Shown piece after piece: positions 60,014 to 64,000 of a stretch of DNA of 64,000 nucleotides (within the stretch, counting starts at the first letter, position 1; the number at the start of each line of letters is the position of its first letter). The stretch lies in contig NIVC01000235.1 in NCBI GenBank assembly GCA_002269645.1, forward strand, positions 65,050 to 129,049, read 5' to 3'. A program made the position numbers and the translations under genes. The stretch is from Macrostomum lignano. Taxonomy: Eukaryota. Under the pieces are notes generated by a model that saw only the letters and a program-made list of their open reading frames with translations, was not told the origin of the DNA and made no database searches.

Positions 60014-61888
60014 TACTAGCTACGAGTAAAAGTATTCCAAGTGTAACAAACCGTGTTTTGTATCCGTGCCCAATTTATTTCCCTATCGCCCCTAATCCTT
60101 CCAGCTATTTTTTTCTGTTCTATTATCTCTCCGTCTGCTCGTCGCTCTCTGGCTTTGTCTGTCTATCGCCGCCGCTACGGGAGGTGGGGGTGGGGGTACG
60201 GGCCGGGCTGTCGCAGGCTGGGGCGATAAAAGTTTGCGTGCAAACACACCGGCTGATTGATGACGCCGCGAAAGACTTTGCGAGGGTCGCTCCAGATGAA
60301 GCGTAAAGCTAGCTCGTATTGGGGAAACACTATTGATATAGATGGCAGGCCGAGTCTCTGCGTGTCCTGTGCAGGTTGCGCCTCCTCCCTTTCTCCTCGG
60401 TGCTATCGACCTCAGCCCCCCCCCTCAGTGAAAATGCTCTGCTAAGCTGCACCGATCGAGTTAACCCCGATTGTTTAAGCCTTGAGCTCCATCTTGAAAA
60501 GTGCACGCGCACCCCTGCGAGCCAGGTGTCAGGCCAGAAAGGGCCTCCGGCGCAGACACTTCAAAGCGGCGACGGGTATGAAGATAAATTTTCCTGCGCG
60601 GCTTCTAAAAGAAACTGAATGGGAGGGGTGGGGTTGCTTTTTAAGTTAACCAGTTTCTGTTCCTGTCTGACTGGCATTCGCCTGCCTGCCGGCTGTTTCT
60701 TCTTCTTTGCCGCTTGCAGACAATTTTTCATTCGACCGCGGGGCTGGCTGTGCTAATAATAATAATAATAATAATAATTACCATTATTATGGTGCTGGCA
60801 CAGATAATTCTGTCTCTGTTCCCCGAAGCCGTGCGCCAGCTCTATATTAGCCGCTGGGGATTTTCGCCCCGCCTTCGTCGGGATTCCCACGGCCGCTGGC
60901 TGCCCCGATCGAGAGAGTTCGGTAATAAAAAATATTTTCGGCCCGATAATTTATGACCGTCTCATTGATTTTGGCTTGACTCTCTTGGCGCATTATCCCG
61001 CTGCCGCGAACTTCACCGTATGCCCCGAGTCCGGATGCTCAGCTGCTCAAATTTCCCCTGGCGCCGAGGCTTGCGTACTCTTCTTTTCTGCTGCTAGCAA
61101 CTCCTCTCTGCCGGTATTCGGCAAGATATTGATGGCTCCGTCTGGCAATGCCGGAGGATTCAAGGACTTCTGAAGAAAGAGATCTGGATTAGAAAGTAAC
61201 CTACATGCCCTGGATCGGTTTTGAAGGCTCGCTTTAGTCTCAACCCTGCAAGGTTCGAACCCGCCCTAGTCTGTGCGTTTGGCCCGATATATAAAAGTTC
61301 ATTCGCGCCCAGCTGATCGCATGACTCATGCTTACCATGCCTCTATCTATCAGACAGATCTCCCCTAACCTGCGGAGCGATGGCCTCTCACAGCCCGCTG
61401 CCCGCTCTCCCGCGCCGAGAATCCGCCTTGTCAATGCTTTGGCCCGGGCGGATCCGGGGTATCGCCATCATCATCATCATCGCCCTCTGCAGCGAAAACT
61501 TATTCCTCCCTGCCCGCCTCTCTCTTGTTTTTACTAGCCAGTCCGCCTGCCATGCAGCTTCATCAGTCTTCGTCTCTTTTTAACTACTGGCCGGTTTTCT
61601 ACTGCCCCTTTTTTATCTCCTCCTCCCCAAGCCCGTGGCTTGGTTTTCTTCCACTCGGCTGGTTCACGCTTTACAAATTGGTTCACCTCTCCTGCTCTAC
61701 CTGAGCCCATGTCGTTGCCACTGCACTAATGAGTTTTTCCCTGAATGAGTCGGTTTGGGGCGGTTCCCGTGACTTCCACTCTTTCCGCTTAGTGTTTCCC
61801 CTGCTCACTGATTCGATATTTTGGATGGTATTGACGGGATGGACGGGACATTCTATCATGGTTGATTGGGAAACGGGGCGGGTCAACC

Positions 61889-61907
61889 ACTGACTGACTG
61901 ACTGACT

Positions 61908-61958
<51 letters not shown>

Positions 61959-62294
61959 TGACTGACTGACTGACTGACTGACTGACTGACTGACTGACTG
62001 ACTGACTGACTGACTGACTGACTGACTGACTGACTGACTGACTGACTGACTGACTGACTGACTGACTGACTGACTGACTGACTGACTGACTGACTGACTG
62101 ACTGACTGACTGACTGACTGACTGACTGACTGACTGACTGACTGACTGACTGACTGACTGACTGACTGACTGACTGACTGACTGACTGACTGACTGACTG
62201 ACTGACTGACTGACTGACTGACTGACTGACTGACTGACTGACTGACTGACTGACTGACTGACTGACTGACTGACTGACTGACTGACTGACTGAC
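61889..62294. repeat. (ACTG)n microsatellite, about 100 copies
   Basis: Near-perfect run with one ACTT variant at 61931. Confidence 0.98.
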
Positions 62295-62309
62295 ACTGAC
62301 AATCAACAG

Positions 62310-62326
62310 ATGCAATCACAGATATG
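62310..62326 (+). CDS. Candidate 17-nt micro-exon
   Basis: CAACAG|ATGCAATCACAGATATG|GTGAGT; phase-compatible with exon 53232-53502 (would give ...AAV-YAITDM). Confidence 0.35.
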
Positions 62327-64000
62327 GTGAGTTGAGTTGCAACCTAAATGATGAATTGCGTCTCCAGGTAGGCGGTCTGTGTTCAGTCCATCCTCACCCC
62401 AGTTTATGTCATTACAAAGTCGAATTGAGTTTCTACTGATTGATTCGGGCCTCAGCGCTGCGTGCCAATCACTGCGCCCGGCCCGGCGTCTTTGCCTCAG
62501 TGACCTCGCGGTCTGTCGGGTCAGGTGAGCAGGGCCTCCTGCTGCTGTCTAATTGCTGGCGCGTGTCGGGGTTCCTAGGCAGGACTCAATCTCGCTTGCT
62601 GGAACGTGAGAGAGAGAGAGAGAGAGAGGGAGAGACCTGACTGATTGAAGAGCGAATTGAGAATCTATGAAATCTACTTCTTGAGCTAAAGCTGTTCCCG
62701 TCTATTTCTGTTGCAGTTAAAACGATTTGCATTAACATTGCATAGCAGCACAATGGGATCTACTAGCGAATGAATGACTTGTGCTGATTAGCAGCCCCCG
62801 GCACTGTTCAACACTGTTGTAGCGTGACAATTGATGAGCTCGTGTAGCCTCTTCTTTCTGATTTTTTGAGCACGAATAAGATGAAGCAGGCTTACAAGCG
62901 TGGGACTATGCTTTTTCGCATGTTTTTTCAAACTGCTACTTTTCGCAGCGTCTTGGCGCTCCGTGTCCTTAAATTACTTCGCCCGTTCTTAATGCTCGAA
63001 TCCCGGGCGGGCTCGGGTTTTCCCATTCACTGGCCCGAGCACAGAGTATCAGCTCTTCGCTACCTCCGTGTCCCTTCATTTCGCTACCCATCAGAGGCTT
63101 ACTTCTTTCTCCCTTCTCTCGTATTCTTGCTCGCCCTCTGAACTCCGCACCGCCGCTGCTGCTGGCATTCGCGTGTTCCGCGCTCCCAGCTGCCAAGCTT
63201 CATCCCCACAGGCTCGGCTCGCATTGGCCCCCGGCTCGATCCCCATTCTCTTTTTTTTCACGCGACTTTCTTCCTCCTCCCTGCCCCCAAGTTTCTTTTG
63301 CTTTCTTGCTGCCCACTCGCGCTGTCTTTCGCTTTGGTGCCCCTCCCCCCGCTTGTCCCCAAGTGCATCGCCGCCCATATACGCTGTCTGTATATTTATA
63401 TACAGCACTGGCTGGGTCAGCTCTTGACAACATTCAAGAGATTATAGTCCGCAGAAGCAAGCTGCACCAGGACTGGTTGGCCCATTAGTTGCCAGCCATC
63501 GCTAAGCGCAGTTCAGCCTCTCCAGCGCCTCTCCCAGCCGGCCTCTTCCGCGGCGCCACTGAATCCGAGCAGAGTGGCCCTCTCAGCCCTATATTGCATA
63601 GTGGCTTTTCTCTTTTAACCGCGCGATCAGGCCTCAAGTTTCCTGCGTTGCTCAGCTCTCGCAGTCTCCGCGCTGTCCCCTCCATCTGATCGGCTCTTTT
63701 TTCTCGTTACCTCTCCTTAGTTTTCCACTCTCCCTAATCCTTGACTCCCTCTCAAGGCTCTCTCCACTGGCTCGCCTCCCTCTCGCACCCCAGCAGCTCT
63801 CCCACTGGCCAGCCAGTCAGCATCCCGACTGCTTCATCTAGGTGTGAGAGAGAGCTGAGCTGAGAATCAATAGGCTCAATCTACCCACTGCTCTGCCTAC
63901 CAACACATCCACACACTTCTCTATTTCTGTTACCATTCCCCCCGTCTCTGCTCCCCAGCCTTGCTTCCCAGCCTCCCTGGCGCGTCATCTGTCACGCCAG

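Noticed and set aside
53550-64000. Numerous 60-155-aa ORFs and donor-like sites
   Set aside because: No domain signal, codon bias or phase-consistent chain found; likely intronic or alternative-promoter sequence of the 53.2-kb gene.

Overview
Eukaryotic, intron-containing metazoan genomic DNA. Short GT-AG introns, GC3-rich exons and very dense minisatellites resemble the free-living flatworm Macrostomum (inference, not proven). No rRNA, true tRNA, CRISPR or prokaryotic operon is supported. Roughly 13 kb (about 20%) is unrelated tandem arrays, which generate most of the long ORFs in the supplied track. Hand-spliced gene models: (1) a minus-strand low-complexity gene of unknown function (exons 11.7 to 5.4 kb, probably continuing to 0.1 kb); (2) a TRPC-family ankyrin/6-TM cation channel on + (14.6-32.1 kb) with three phase-compatible alternative first exons, a frameshift-riddled exon and an apparently missing linker segment; (3) a Zasp/PDLIM-type PDZ + ZM-motif gene without LIM domains on - (36.5-43.6 kb); (4) a 55-aa secreted, inhibitor-cystine-knot-like peptide gene nested antisense in the last Zasp intron and absent from the ORF track; (5) the start of another + gene at 53.2 kb. 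Mobile DNA includes two Crypton-type tyrosine-recombinase fragments (one with an intron and altered catalytic histidines), elements sharing a CCATAGAC motif, a decayed mariner, a long-TIR MITE with an 8-bp TSD and a tRNA-derived SINE. The best leads are the nested knottin-like peptide, the Crypton recombinase remnant, the TRPC promoter architecture with an inverted minisatellite pair, and a CpG-depleted block suggesting past DNA methylation. All splice models were read by eye and need RNA-seq confirmation.
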